NCBI GenBank assembly: GCA_012026655.1
Contig: JAAILG010001338.1
Span: 1 to 64,000, forward strand
Direction of reading: 5' to 3'
DNA length: 64,000 nucleotides
Origin: Hydrolagus affinis
Lineage: Eukaryota
Shown: positions 41,097 through 54,916 of the stretch, piece by piece
How positions within the stretch are numbered: position 1 is the first letter of the stretch
Layout of the letters: each line of letters opens with the position of its first letter
Translations under genes and position numbers: made by a program
Notes under the pieces: generated by a model
The model's database searches: none
What the model saw: only the letters and a program-made list of their open reading frames with translations
Told to the model about the DNA's origin: nothing

Positions 41097-41310
41097 GAAG
41101 TCGTTGGGAACACTCAACAGATCAGGCAGCATCTATGGAGAAAGGAAAAGTGAGTCAAGGTTTCGGATCCACGACCCTTCGTCAGAACAGTCATGGACCC
41201 GAAACGTTGACTCACTTTTCCTTTCTCCATAGACGCTGCTGCCTGACCGGCTGAGTGTTCCCAGCGACTTCTGTTTTTGTTTCAGATTTCCAGCATCTGC
41301 AGTATTTTGT
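41097..41310. mobile_element. Penelope-like element-derived inverted repeat containing a hammerhead-like core
   Basis: Arms 41097-41175 and 41190-41271 are reverse complements (8 mismatches and one 3-nt indel over 79 nt). The motif ctgacgaagggtc..ccgaaac and the tail ttttgtttcagatttccagcatctgcagta are typical of Penelope-type terminal repeats. Confidence 0.8.
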
Positions 41311-42262
41311 GGGGGTTTTTTCAATTTCCCAACAGTGTGGTTGAAATCTAGATTGTGTTTATTTAATTGTTTTGGTTGAATATCTTTCAGCAATTCAGAG
41401 CTTGTGTTCCAAAACACTGAGCTATGCTTTTGCAACCTCTGCCCTACTGATTTCAGTATGAGATGTCGGCTGCATTAGCACCACATCAAGGTATGTTTAA
41501 TTGAGCTTAATAGCTCTCGATGGTTTGAAAACAGAGGACGTTGTTCAATCAGATTTCACAGTGAGCAAGGTCAGTTCTGTGATGCAGCACATATTTGCAC
41601 TGTGCTGTGAACTGGTTCAAATCCCAGACACTGTCAAATATGCCCTAGATCTAAAAAGAGATAAGCTGCTTGGCCAACTGAAGGGGACCACTGGACTGTA
41701 GCATTTCCAAATGATAAAAAAATCAAATAACATATGCTGGTGCAGACAAAGAGGATTCACAGCGTACAACCGTCTCAATCCAGGAAGAGGCAGTCGGAAG
41801 AAAAAAAATTCTTGGTGTACGTAAACAAAGCCTCAAATAGGAATCAGTTGACAATCATGCAAGAGTAGCTTGAAAATAAAATGTAAAAATAATAAAATAG
41901 CTCATTTGAAAAGAATAATATGTCTATAAACTGGCAGCAAGTTTGCTATATGAGCCAGAGCAACTATTATTTTACTGTTGGTATCAATCTGACTGCATTT
42001 GAAATTCATTGAAGCGGTGTGTAGTTGACTTTCCAAATAGAATGGTCTTTTTTTTTTAACTGATTAATGAAACCTTGTACAGTACTGTACTATGTAGTGT
42101 GTGGTGTTTCTGTCAGGCGAGGTGGTGGCCTTGAGAAGCAGTGTGATTGTTTTGTTTTACTTCAATCATTTTTTTTAAAGAATAATCTATGAAATTTGGA
42201 AATGTGCGTGGGAATTAGGATGCACATTTCTCCGGGGTGGAATGAACTGGATATTAACCACT

Positions 42263-42362
42263 NNNNNNNNNNNNNNNNNNNNNNNNNNNNNNNNNNNNNN
42301 NNNNNNNNNNNNNNNNNNNNNNNNNNNNNNNNNNNNNNNNNNNNNNNNNNNNNNNNNNNNNN
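42263..42362. other. Assembly gap (100 N)
   Basis: Run of 100 N; the true size is unknown. Confidence 1.
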
Positions 42363-42722
42363 TTCAAACCGGCCTTGAAAGAGGAAAGGGAAGAAACGAG
42401 ACGAAGGGATTGGGGGATAGAGTTCCATAGGGTGGGAGCGAAGAAACTGAAGGCCCGGCCTCCGATGGTGGGGCGGTTCGGGCGGGGGGCTTGGAGCAGG
42501 CCGAGTCCTGCTGAACGGAGGGTCCGGGTGGGCCCGGGTGGGCTTATAGGGGGAGAGTAAAGTGGTTAAATAGGGTGGGGTAAGGCCGTGTAAGGCCTTG
42601 AAGGTGAGGACGAGGATCTTGAACTCGATCCTCTGGAGAATGGGGAGCCAGTGGAGACGGGCGAGGGTGGGGGTTATATGGTCGCGGAGGCGGGTGCGGG
42701 ATAATACACGGGCTGCAGAAGC
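42363..42722 (-). mobile_element. L2-clade LINE, ORF2 C-terminus; 3' end lost in an N gap
   Basis: Minus-strand translation AARVLSRTRLRDHITPTLARLHWLPILQRIEFKILVLTFKALHGLTPPYL is the typical L2 ORF2 end. The segment is GC- and CpG-rich, so probably a young copy. Confidence 0.9.
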
Positions 42723-45700
42723 GTAGTGCATTCTCTGTCCCTGTTCGTATCCTCTGATAGCTGGGGAACAACTGCTGCTCCTCGACAAACCAGACTATTA
42801 TCTTGCAGTGGATAAACTCGTACTCAGCGTGATCAATAACGAGTAGGAACAGTCTGCTTTTAGCGATCAAGATCACGTAGATAACTTTCTATTTCACAGC
42901 GAAATCTTACAGAGAAAGCTGAATAACCCTGTAACCTCCACTTTTCCTGGTACATGTACGGTCCATCATGTTTTTGCCACATAAAAATGTTACTTCGCTG
43001 TCTTCTCAAAACTCCTCTTCCCTTGTGCTTGCATCAAGGGTGCTGCAATGCCCATAGGAGGATAATTGGAAATCAGAACACAGCTATCCAAGGTCATCGG
43101 GTCGGGTATAAAAAGAGGCAGTCAGCCAAAATAGCATTGTGTTCCCTTTGGTGTGTGTGTGTGTGTGTGTAACATTAACTAAACTGCAGTATTTTTTTCT
43201 CTTCCCATGATTTAGTTGGTACCAGATGAAATCCCTATGTGAGCAAAAAAAATTACAGTTTGCATTTCTGCATTCATTTGCAGTGCATACACATGGGGCT
43301 AGAGAACATATTAAACAGAGTGAATCCAACATGAAAGAATTAAATGCAAGCAGACACTTTCATGAAATAAAATTGACAGACCAACACATGAAAAAGACTC
43401 GCATAACAAGAGGTGTTCAGAACTATGAATATGTATTTACTAATGTTAATCCATACACGCGTCATTGACACATCCATTGTGCAAATATCGTCCACTTAGC
43501 TGGGCTGACTGCCTCAAATCCAAATAAAATGTATTAGTTGTGGAGGCAAAAAAGTTTTTTTTAAAAATCTGTCAAATGAGATTTGGCAAACTGCGATGTA
43601 ATTTTGGCCACATTAATATCTTGTTGCAGTGTTGAACGTTCTCTCCCTTTCCTATGCTGCTGGCACTGGAATCTTTAAGGATTTCTGCACAGCAGCTGTT
43701 AATGCTGAAACCACTCGTTTCATACCATTAAAAGGATGGGAAATGCTTTTGCCGAGACGCAAAGTCCTGGTGATTCTAAAGATTTGTTATGGGATCCACT
43801 GATATCTATAGGCTATTAGACCACATTAACAATAAAGATTGATTTGGATGCAGATTGGCAGGTAATTGAGCCTGGAACGGTTGCCTTTTCCTATATTTAC
43901 AGCTGGTGCTGACTATTCATGGCTCAGGCCGATCGATATCCAGCCTGGTCCCAAAGTGCTGAGCTGCAGGTTTCTTTCTATGCCCACCGTCTGTAGAATC
44001 CATAACTCATGTCAGTCCAGAACCTATGTCAGTCGGCGAAGCAGCTCCACAGGCCATAGGAGACCAAAATAGTGGGCAGCCCCTGGGACCAAAGGGAAAA
44101 CCAATAAACATTGCATTCAGAAATGGTTCCGATTGTAGACTGGCTTCAGGTGTGAAACCGTCCCCCGCCTTGACTTTGGCACAGTGAGTTGGGCTAACAT
44201 GCTGTGCCCTGGCCCTTGATCACTACCTGCTCATCAAGCTTTGAGTCAAACCGTTGTGGCAAAGGCAGGGGTGTTGAGCAAAATGTTGAGCATTTTAAGA
44301 ACTGCAAAGTTCCGCGATGTGATATTCATCACTGACAATACTTAACGCGGCCCCATCCCATTTTGCCCAGTAAACAGATGGGGTGCCTGCCTCCTACCTA
44401 CAATTAAATGAACCCAGAGATATTGACAGGCTTAGCTTGGTTGATATTTCAATTCTCTAGTATGGAAAGACACTATACGGACGCACATCCATTGTTGGTG
44501 TGTAAATGCAGTTCATTGGCTCGACTGACTACAAATCCAAATAAAATCTCACTGTGCCTCTCTCATCTCCATTTCCATCTCTAGCTCCTGTGTAACCCAT
44601 AGAAATGATTACACACTTTGTACACCAGATGCGGCATCCGAGTGAAAAGTGACTTGCAACCCAGGTTTGCGGGCTGCAAGCACACATATTAAGTGTGACA
44701 TGTGCTATAGTTTGTGTGGCACGTTCACTAGTCTTTTAGTTCCTCTTTCTTTTAAGATCCTTTTCTTCAGAATCCACCTGCAAAGCTGGCTATTTATCCA
44801 TGGTTTTGTTACCATCTGTTTGTTCTTCAAGGACCACTATATTAGGCAGTGCTTTGTTTGAAGAGTACTCTCCAGAACGCTTCCAAGTAGCATTACACAG
44901 AGACACTGGATGGGGGTCCGTGCCAATGATTCATTGCACACATTGGGCTTCTAATTTTTGATCTCGTCTTAAGTGGTGGGCTTGTCACATGGCCTTTTCA
45001 CTGATTGAGATAAATGCACCCAACAACCTTGCGTGGTTTAGCCCTAATGCTTAACATGAAAAGGCAAGATTGCTGAATCCCAACGCTCGCAACATCCCAA
45101 AGCCAAATGCACTTCAAACAGAGCTTGAGAACCACAAGAGGTATTAAGCCTTCAGGGAGCTAACAGTTGGAGGGAGAAGCTTGTGTCTCAACCCCTTGGC
45201 TACCACATCAATGTGATTGTTTCAAGGTTTTTTTTTAAAAAAAGCAAAATTAGGAAGAGTTGCGAAGATGGGCTGGTGAAGCCTTGAGACTACTCAAAAT
45301 GGATTTTCCTCACAAATAAATTGAATTCTATAATTAAGTATCATTCATTTCATGAAACTCAAACCCAGATTTTTGCCCTCCAGTCCTTTTCGCTCCAGCA
45401 CAGTGCATTTTACTAATGCCATTTTGGATCCAAATCACCAGTGGGTAGTTGACACGAGTGTTAGACTCACAGGTAACGGAAGTGGGATAGTGCTTGAAAG
45501 CTAAATTTTCAGCTTCACAGCTTAACAGAATGAATGGAGCCTGAAGGCTTTTGAGACTTCATCACAGCCTAATTGTGATTCATTATGGAACTGAATATAG
45601 GTGTTAGCGTTCAGTAGGTTTTAAAACGAACAGTATTTTTTTTCTTTGAAACGCGCCTATTTCCTTGAATGCATTTACCACAGTCTATCCTGTAATCTGG

Positions 45701-46784
45701 CTGCATACAGCTTGTGTGACTTGATTTATGCAGGTTATTCAGAATGTGCATGATCTTCTTTATCAGTAATATGCAAAATCTTGACTGTTTGTGTGGGCAA
45801 TATTGCTAAAATGTTGCCCAGAGGCTTACAGAAGTGATTAAAGTGCACCTTAAAATGCCTGACGTGGCACGCTGAATGCATTACTGCATACTTCAATTCA
45901 CGCCTGCAGTAGATGGGGCACAATGCTTCCTACAATCTAAGTTTATCTTACTCTCTTTCATCACATCATTTAGGGCCTGAGAGCGCAATAGTCCTTCACA
46001 GCGACATCAGTGATTGTAGCTCACTTTTATTGCATCACTCAAGAGACCGTGCTCTTATCTCACACATTCAGTCGCTTTTACCAACCAGTCTTGTCAGCGG
46101 AAAATGGTTCAAATTGAACTTCATTTGGAAATGCACTTGAGATTTTAGTCCAATAATACAATAATTAAAGCTCTGGTAATGGTAATCCAACAATTGCAGC
46201 TTAAAGACCCAGTAGATGAAATCTGACAATTCACCTGATTAAAGGTGAATTGTCACATCCGTCCCTAAGCAATGAATTAAGTTTAAGTCTTGTTGGAGTG
46301 GAGTTGTGGTCCCTTGTCTCATTGTTTCCTCTTTGATACCAAAACTGCCCAAAGAGTACCCGGAAGCAGTGCAGCTTGAACTACAAATGGCAGAATTCTT
46401 GGGTGCTGCACATGCTCTCTTTATGAATGGGAAGATAAAGTAGACCAGTGAGTGAGAGCTGCACTCGGCATTCATCTCAGTTGGAACATGGGGAACCGGC
46501 TGTTTTCGTGAATTGATGGTACAATTCTGAATGCATTAAAGCCTCCAGCCAAAGCTCTTGTGGGACAGAGATAAAATAGAAGAGTCTGCCTGAAAGGTCG
46601 AATGTGTTTCACTGAAAGCTGTTGGATCATTTCCTTGACAGGCATTCGAAGATCGAAGGTGGATTGCTTGGATTTAAATATCCCCAGGTCGTATTTGATT
46701 GCCTTTTTTTTTTGTCTGTTGCCAATCAGAACACAGTCAATCTTTTGTCTTCTCCCCCCTCCACCCCCATTTGTTTTCTTGTAG

Positions 46785-47014
46785 TGAAATTTAATGACTG
46801 CGATGGGAATCGAGACATACAGTATGGAACCAGCGACCCTGACTTCAAGGTGGAGACAGATGGCACCTTATACGCAACCCGATCGATCCAGATGGCCTCA
46901 AAGCAAGTGAAGTTTTTTGTCACAGCGCGAAATGTTCAAGACCAGAAGAAATGGGAAGCAGTGGTCAAGCTCCTGGTGAAAGCACGGGGAAATGCAAGAC
47001 ACAATGTGCTAAAG
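46785..47014 (+). CDS. cdh4: Internal coding exon (exon 3 equivalent) of a type I classical cadherin, prodomain; most likely R-cadherin
   Basis: A pyrimidine tract ending ttgttttcttgtAG (46783-46784) and a donor AAG|GTATTT (GT at 47015) bound the exon. Translation is (V)KFNDCDGNRDIQYGTSDPDFKVETDGTLYATRSIQMASKQVKFFVTARNVQDQKKWEAVVKLLVKARGNARHNVLK. The motifs VKFxxC, DFKVxxDG and KW[DE]AVV[RK]LLV match the CDH4 prodomain as I recall it (CDH2 has SSEPADFKV and KWQVAVKL). The phase 1/phase 0 boundaries and size fit classical cadherin exon 3. The family call is firmer than the paralogue call. Confidence 0.9.
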
Positions 47015-50000
47015 GTATTTGCTCCATCTGTTCTGAAGATATTTTTCCCAAACGAATCTGGGCTGAAAAAACCCTCAAATACTATAATGTGCCAATGGCT
47101 GGTGATGTGGTCTGCTGACTAATACCTTCCAGATGTCCAGGCGGCTAGAAGCTGATTGATATCAAAAGCAGGTTTGCTGTCCGCACCAGCTGGTAAGGTT
47201 GGTCTCGGCTGAGTGTAGTGGACGGTCAAAGCTGGTGGTAGTTCACATGCTGTGGTCTTGAAGCTTGGCAATTGACCGCAAATGGCACAAGCAGAGAGTG
47301 TCTAACCAAGACGGAGACGTGTCTTATTTCTTAATTCACAAATTCCTTAAAGTTAAGGCTGAGCAATTGCCAACCATTCGAACTTAACTCTTTCATTTCA
47401 TCTCACATTTCTTCACTTGTTCTTTATTGACATACCGGTAACCCTCCTTTAAGCGCTCTGAGACGCTCCACTGCATGCAGGGCGTTATATATGTACAAAT
47501 TGTGGTTATTATTGTAAGTCTCTTAGAATGAAATGTGTATTTCCTCAGTACATATTTCCCGGGATCAGGAATTGTACTGGAGCAAAGTCACAGTTTCGCC
47601 AATTGTTACGAACAAGCGGTTTCCAGATCTTCCCCAAATTGTCTGCAGTTTGACCTCGACTTAGAGTGCAATCCAGAGCATAGTGTATAGCAGGCCTAAT
47701 TTGGATTAGTTTCACATGAATCGAGCATTAATTCTAATTCTGCCTGCCACAACCATCCCCTTCTTCACACGCAGCGTGCTATTGTTACTGTTTAAAACGG
47801 GATATGGATTTCCTCAAAGCCATTTGCACATATGACAAAATATTGTCTTGGGACTCAACACTCAAAATGTGAAGCAACCTGGATAATGGAGTTAGTATTC
47901 TGAACAAATCAGATCAAACAGGCCAAAGCACCTTCTTCATTCCATATCTCCCTTTTAAAGTCTTGTGAAGTTCACTAATCTGCCTGCTTCTTGACTATAT
48001 CCTGCACTAGGATTACAACACCAGGTCACAGGCTCCATGGCAAAGGTGTCAAAAAGCCGTAAAGGACTCGAAGAGAACAATAAGATTAGAACGGGCGCTT
48101 TAAAAGTTCTTAACGTTCAACTGGTATTCTTAATGGCTCTCCCACCTTGTAGATAATCTTTTGCAAAGAAGGACTTAAAATGAACCAGAAATAGCACAGC
48201 TGCTGTGTGATTTTTTTTGTTCATATGAAGTAATGAATATTGTGACAGCACAGTGGTGTGGAATGTTACTTTGGATAATCAAGATTCGCAGTTATAAAGG
48301 TTTCACATGAAAACCAGCGTAATCTTTAAAGGGAACATTAAAAGGGAACATTAAAGACACTCGGCTCGTTGCGAAATTTGTGGAAGATCTGTATTGAAAA
48401 AAAGCAAATGTCACCTTCTGTTAGAGTTGCCCGAAAGATTTGGTACTTTAAAAAATTACATTCTGAGAGAATGTCACTCAACAGAGTTTAGGAGGGGAAC
48501 AACAGCAACAACAAATCTATACATTTAGTATCGAGCCTTTCACGTCAGAAAGTTGTCCCAAAGCCGTGAAAAGAAATGCTGCGATGTCCCATTTGTCTAA
48601 CTAATGATTCCATAAACAGTTATGGCACTAAAATTGACCATTTTGGTCATCTAATCCATACCAGAGGTTATACTCCATGGCTCATTCTTTCTCCCATCCC
48701 CATCTGTTTCCCTCATCCTCACGTATTTTCTTTCTCATTTTCCCTCCTACATGCACTGTGATGCCCAGCAGTTTATCACATGTGTCAGTTGATCTTTAAA
48801 AGCGATTCCACAGATAGGGAAAAACAAAATTGTTGTGATGAATCACTTGAAATTGCCGTATTGAACAATTTCAGTTCCTTTATATGAAAAGGTCAAAACT
48901 CCAGTCTTGTGTATTGACATGCAAATACCCTGAACTTCACTTATCTGTCCATTGCTTTTGACTTTTGAAACTTGATAATGCCTCAGGTTACCATTGGTGA
49001 ATTTCCATTGGTAAAATTCCACTAACACAAAACACTACGGTAAATGTAAACACTTGAGTAAATATCTACTTCAGTTGCTGTTACAGTCATTTTATATCTT
49101 GCTTATGACTTCTGTTTTATTGATTGTTATATTTTCTCAAATTCTGGGAGAGAACTCAATGCAATGGAATTCAATTGGAATTCAATGCAATCTACTGTCA
49201 AAAGGGTACACAGAACCTTTGGGTTGACTCTATCAAATTTCATAAGATTATCTCTTATTTATTAGGTGCAGGTAGATCTCTTTTGTTCAAACAAGTTGAA
49301 GCCAGTTCTGTTACAGTATGGGCGCACTGTGTAAGAATTGGGACTAGTCGGGTGATTTGAGTTCCAGTGCGCTCACTGCCTGATTTATTTTAGTTTCTCC
49401 TCCCCTCCTTCCCATTCCTCTGTGTTTAGATTGCCTTGCACAAATACTATCCTTCACTGCTCAGAGGGTGGTAAAATGAGCTGATAGAAGTTATCCTATA
49501 GAGCCTCTTAAGTGCCACATCTTAGTCACTTGAACAATAAGTGCACCAAGTCATTTAAGGACGAAAATCCTTACTTATTTTACGTTCTTTCTCATATTAG
49601 ATCTCCTACATTGAAAAACTCACTGCTCCCACTAACGCCACCCAGCGGATAATGGAGGACAAAAGCTTGTGAAGACTTTGATTAAAACTCCCAATTATCT
49701 CCCCACCAGCTACTGTACTATCAGACACATCAGAGCGCCCTGCAGACTATTTCTTAAATTAATTTGCTGATTACGTTAAGAAATCAATTCCAGAACTTGT
49801 TAAGTAGCAGTATTTATTGATGACTTACTGGTGGAAAATTGTCAGCCATTGTGACAAAAATGAACAGAATTAAGTTTAATTTGGGGGGGTGCTTTATCGA
49901 TGGATGATTGGCATTCCACTAGGCAGCCCAGCAAGCCAGTTTCTCTTCATTTTGGTCATGGACTTCAAGCCAGAACTCACTGAACAAACAGTGAAACATG

Positions 50001-50571
50001 AATGTCAATACCAAAAGCTCTCTGGGGTTGGGGGGTAAGATGTAAATTGTCAAGGCTGGTAGGAAACTGGCGCTCGAGAAGAGCAAAGGATTTGCTAGAA
50101 GGTAAAATGCTGAACGATTCCATTGATGGGAACTTGATTGAACAGGAGGAAGCGTTTAGTTTCATGGTGATAAAGCAGTAGCAGATGGTGCAAACAGCAA
50201 AAGGAATCAAATCCTGCATCCTGGCCCATTCTAGGAGCTTGGCAAAAGTTGGAGGTGTCATGTACAACAAAAAGCTTCGTAGCCAGCAGAGGTGTCAACT
50301 TTTCTTAACTGCTGAGAGTCTATCACCCTTCATACTATCTGATGCCTAGAGAGCATTAAACAACACCCCAGCTAAAGAAATGTTGGCAGTTCATGAGAAC
50401 ATGAGAATTGCTCAGGCGAAAGATCAAGGTCCATCCAGTTCACCTTCCACTATCCTAGCAGTTGCTTTGCACACGTCATGTCCCAAACTATATACTGCAT
50501 CTCAAGATATTATTTCCTAAAAGAAATCTATCTAATTTGCTTTTGAAAGAATCAGCATTTTCTGCTATCAC

Positions 50572-50790
50572 CATAATAATAATGATAATAATAATCCTTC
50601 CATTTGATATGGCGCTATTCACATCTTCTAGACGTCTTAAAGCGCTTTACAGAATATACTGTAAAGTGAATTGACTGTATATTTGTGGGCGAACCGCAGC
50701 AAACAATTGCGCACAGCAGCGTCCCCACAAACAGTCGGAGATTGAGATGACCAACCTATTATTGTTTTTTTCTTGAGAGTTGATTATCAG
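50572..50790 (-). mobile_element. SINE 3' two-thirds
   Basis: (ATA)n-atccttccatttgatatggcgct...gtgaattgactgtatatttgtggg...cagcgtccccacaaacagtc. Confidence 0.85.
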
Positions 50791-53054
50791 AATCAAGGAC
50801 ATGTCCTCTGGTTCTAAAGTCCACAGAAAGTTTCTTCAATTGCCCACCAGGCATGGACTGATAGCACATCTAAACAATATACAGAAGAATCTAGAGTTGG
50901 GTGGGAGGAGAGGAGGGGCCCCAAAATAATACCAGCAGAGTGCCAGATCAATAAAGTGACATGAGATTGCATAGTTTTACGCCGCATTTAATAAATAATA
51001 CTTTGAATTTGTGTAGCTCCTTTCACATCATAATAAATAATTTCAAGCACTTTTCAAAACAGGATTAATTAGAAATGAAAGTAAATGTTATTGTGCAGTT
51101 AAACCCGGCTGCTAATCTGCACCAGGAATGTTGCCTAAACAGCAATGAGGCAAGTTGCCAATTCATTAAAATTTGGGAGTTTTGGATTGGGAGACAAATG
51201 TAATCCTGGGTAACACGAAAAAAGACTCCACATTTCTTTGAAATGGTAATAGCAGCTACTTAGTACAGTACACTGAACATAATATCTCTCTCTGAAAAAA
51301 CAGGGAATATATTTTAAAATGTACGTTAGATTTACCACTAACCACTGTATTGAAATAAAATCTTTGCTTATTGCCTGAGCTCTGCATAATGAGCTGTAAA
51401 TGCCATGCGGTTTCTATGAAGCGACTGAATTACACAGATTTACAGCGGGTTACTTATGGCTGCTGTACAGAATTTACTTTACCGTTTTTTTTTAACAATG
51501 TTTTAGAAAATGCTGCACCCTGTTTCGACATAGGCAGTGGTATCTGGAGTATGAATGCAAACGTTCTGGCAGTCATGTTGACTTATATATAACAATTCTG
51601 CCTTGTGTTAGTTAAACAGGGCAGGTGCCAATAAACTGCATTAGGCTATTGAACTGTAAAATTTCTATTAATTTTCATGTGTGAATCTTCATCACATTAC
51701 ACTGCCAGTGCCTTTTTAATAATTGATCGCCTGAAGTACTGATACGAAGAGCGGTTTTGCTTTTTTATTTTATAAGCAGAATGGGCTGAACAATGTCCCT
51801 CCAGAGCCTACCCAGCAACTTGGCAATACCATCTTGCTCTGGCGCCAACAGCAGAGTTCCAGCGGGCTGAAACGACAAAAGAGAGACTGGGTTATTCCTC
51901 CAATCAACGTGCCGGAGAATTCCAGAGGGCCTTTCCCCCTCCAGCTGGTTCTGGTAAGCAACGAGCAAAAAATATATATATATATATAGAAAATCAAGTG
52001 ATCATCTGTCCGCAACCGTACATAAATATGCAAAGAAAACACATGCTGTTCCTCTCTTATTTAAAAAAATCTGTTTCGAAATGGAAAATGACCGTGAAAT
52101 TAAGTTGGAAAAATATGTTAAATCGAATGGAAATCCTGGGCAGTGCCGGGAGGGGAAGCAATGGGTTGGGTTGCGCGCCCGATTGTGGTGATTTTTGTTT
52201 TGTGAACCGGTCGGGTGGATTGTGAAGCCTCCATGATATCATCTGGCCAATAGATTTGATCGTACTGTTTGGCGAACACTGGGCTCGTTCCCGCCAGCAG
52301 TCTGGAGCTCTATCCAAGTTGCACTGTTCTGTTCCGTCCGTCATTGTTGCAATGTCGTGCAAGCTCATAGAGAACCGCGGCCTCCAATGAGAAAGAGGTG
52401 GATTGCCTCCTTCAGTTTGCTTTGTTGCTCTTTAATACTGTAGTTGGATACCTTTTTTTGTGTGCGTGTAGATGTATATTTGCTATTTTAGCTTGACACT
52501 CCTGCAGGATATGCTGGAGAAATAATTTCTGGAGCCATCTTCATATAACACCAGTCCACACTTATAGTGCACAGTCTTGTTGAACTAAGGAACTAGCCAT
52601 TAAAAAATAAAATAAAACACAGGTTGACTAGACCACAGGATTTACTGTGAAAATATGTGAGCTTCTTGTATGAACAAAGAAAATTCATTTCATTGTGTTA
52701 TTAATAAAATGATCTTATGATTGACAGTTTGGGTGAAATTGGTAAAACGTTTCCTAACTGATTCCTTGTAGATGCATGAATCTTCTATGAAAGTCAAACC
52801 GTTATCCTGCATAAGTGCACCTAAGATTGTCTATACTGTCATGGGATTCCCAGTTGGAAAATAATGCAGACAAGAATTCCCTATGTTATGAATGCCATTG
52901 GCAGATGGTTGCTGCGACTTTCTGATTTTATGTTAAATTGCTGTTTTTCTTTGAAAACTCTGTCAGCTTTTTTTTTGCTATATGTGTGCTCTACTTACAT
53001 GTCTAGGCAACAAACATTTCAAATATTAAATTGGGGGTTGGGTGGGGGGAAGTA

Positions 53055-53220
53055 GGGAAAGATAGAGCAGAGAGAAAGAGAGAGAGACAGAGAGAAGAAA
53101 GATGCAAAGAATTAAGAGAAATGGAATAAGAAAGAAACAGAGAGAGAGGAGTCAAAGAGAAGGAGACATGCAAAGAAAAAGAAAGAGACATGCAAATAGG
53201 GAAAAATGGGGGGGAAAAAT
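53055..53220. repeat. Purine-rich (GA/AAG) low-complexity tract
   Basis: Almost entirely A/G on the + strand, with gagacatgcaaa repeated. Confidence 0.85.
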
Positions 53221-54816
53221 AGCAATAATTGGAGGAAATATAACTAATATTTAGGAAGTTTAGTAACTAATCGTGTGGTGCACCCATATTCGAGAAATTA
53301 TGAAGGAAGATGTGAATGGGGTTTGGTTTTATAATTTTTTTAAATTTGATCCATTGAATTGTGTGAATTACAAGAAAAGCCTTATCAGGAGCTGAGAACA
53401 TTTGCCTTTTCATTTGATAACTGTTTTGGATCTGCACAAAGTCACAGCTGTAGTTATTCACCTTCCCCCCAGAGGTTAACCAAGGAATAACGTTGTCACA
53501 CTTAGAACCATTGATTTATGGAACAGACTCTGTTGAAATATTCAAATGGATTTGGATCAGATTATGCTGCAGGGAATGGAAGATCAGGGTTATGGTGGGA
53601 AAAGCATACAGAGGGATGGATCCCTTAAGGTGAAATGAGTTCATTAAAGGTGGAAGCTGGGTAGGCTACCTGACCCTTTACTTCACTGTTAATTTGGGAA
53701 GCATCCATATCAGTGTGAATTGCATACGATCTCTTGGGAGAAGCCTGTTCACTGTGCCAAATGGACTTTTCGTGTTCACTACTCCTCCTGTCCTTGAGTA
53801 TCCTATGATACATCCCAGTTAAATATTTCCTTGCAATCCAGAGGGATTCGTAGAGTGTTTTTTCGAACAAAAAGCACAGGATCGCATGGGAACAACGTCC
53901 CCTGTTCAGAAAGGCAATCTGCCACAAACTGGTGGAATATGCCGACAAGCACTTGAGGGGCTAGTTGGAGTTATTTAATCAATCGGCAAAGTTTTATTTG
54001 AATACAATTTACTTCTATAATCTTTGATTAATGGAATAATTGTCTTGCCTTGAAACACCCTAGCTGAATTAAATAGTTAGTGGTGGGCACGAAAATAAAT
54101 TTTAAAAAAACCTTTTAATGAAGATGATGGTTTTTACAAGCCACTAGTGTGTTTCACTGATACATGAGTAATTGTCATCTGCAGCAACACAATTATATTG
54201 TACTCTACGCAAGGCTATTGGAGGAATAAGGGTTGCTGTTCATATTAACGAAGCACAGAGTTCAGTGTTTGAAATTAATTTTGGTTAAATGATTGAAGCT
54301 TACTCTTTGAATCATTAAAATGAATTCTAAATTGCGAAAGCATTTTTTTTTAAAATTCCGTCAGCATATTGATCCCCTAATTAAAAGCTCTGAATACATT
54401 CTTTATCAGTCTCAGTTTTAAAGTGCACACAGATTATTTGTGGCTGCAAAGGGGGTGGGGGGTGGGTGGGTGGGGGGTGGGTGGGTGGTGGGGCAGGAGT
54501 GACTTTAAGATCTCGCTTTGTTTAGTACAGTGCTTACTTCTGCGATGGATAATCCTCTCCAGCGAGCGACTGTGAGGAGCATGACTAAGATTGATGGATG
54601 CAATAAATAATGGTAATCCAAGATCAGGGAATTAGTGACAAACTAAGCAAGTGAAAATAGCTTCCAAAAGCTTCAGTTGCAGCTGAAATATTAACTACTA
54701 CCCAGCTTTGCAACCCCCACTTCCCCCCACTCTGAAGGAAACATTAAAATTACAGTTTGACACAGATTATAAATTTTTTGACATTGCGGTTCTGGAACAC
54801 AAACTGTCCACAATAG

Positions 54817-54916
54817 NNNNNNNNNNNNNNNNNNNNNNNNNNNNNNNNNNNNNNNNNNNNNNNNNNNNNNNNNNNNNNNNNNNNNNNNNNNNNNNNNNNN
54901 NNNNNNNNNNNNNNNN
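54817..54916. other. Assembly gap (100 N)
   Basis: Run of 100 N. Confidence 1.

Noticed and set aside
42162-42788. 208-aa ORF as a gene
   Set aside because: It spans an N gap, and its recognisable part is the truncated C-terminus of an L2 ORF2.
46622-47122. 166-aa ORF as a standalone gene
   Set aside because: Only 46785-47014 is cadherin-like. The flanks are intronic read-through across the polypyrimidine tract and the splice donor.
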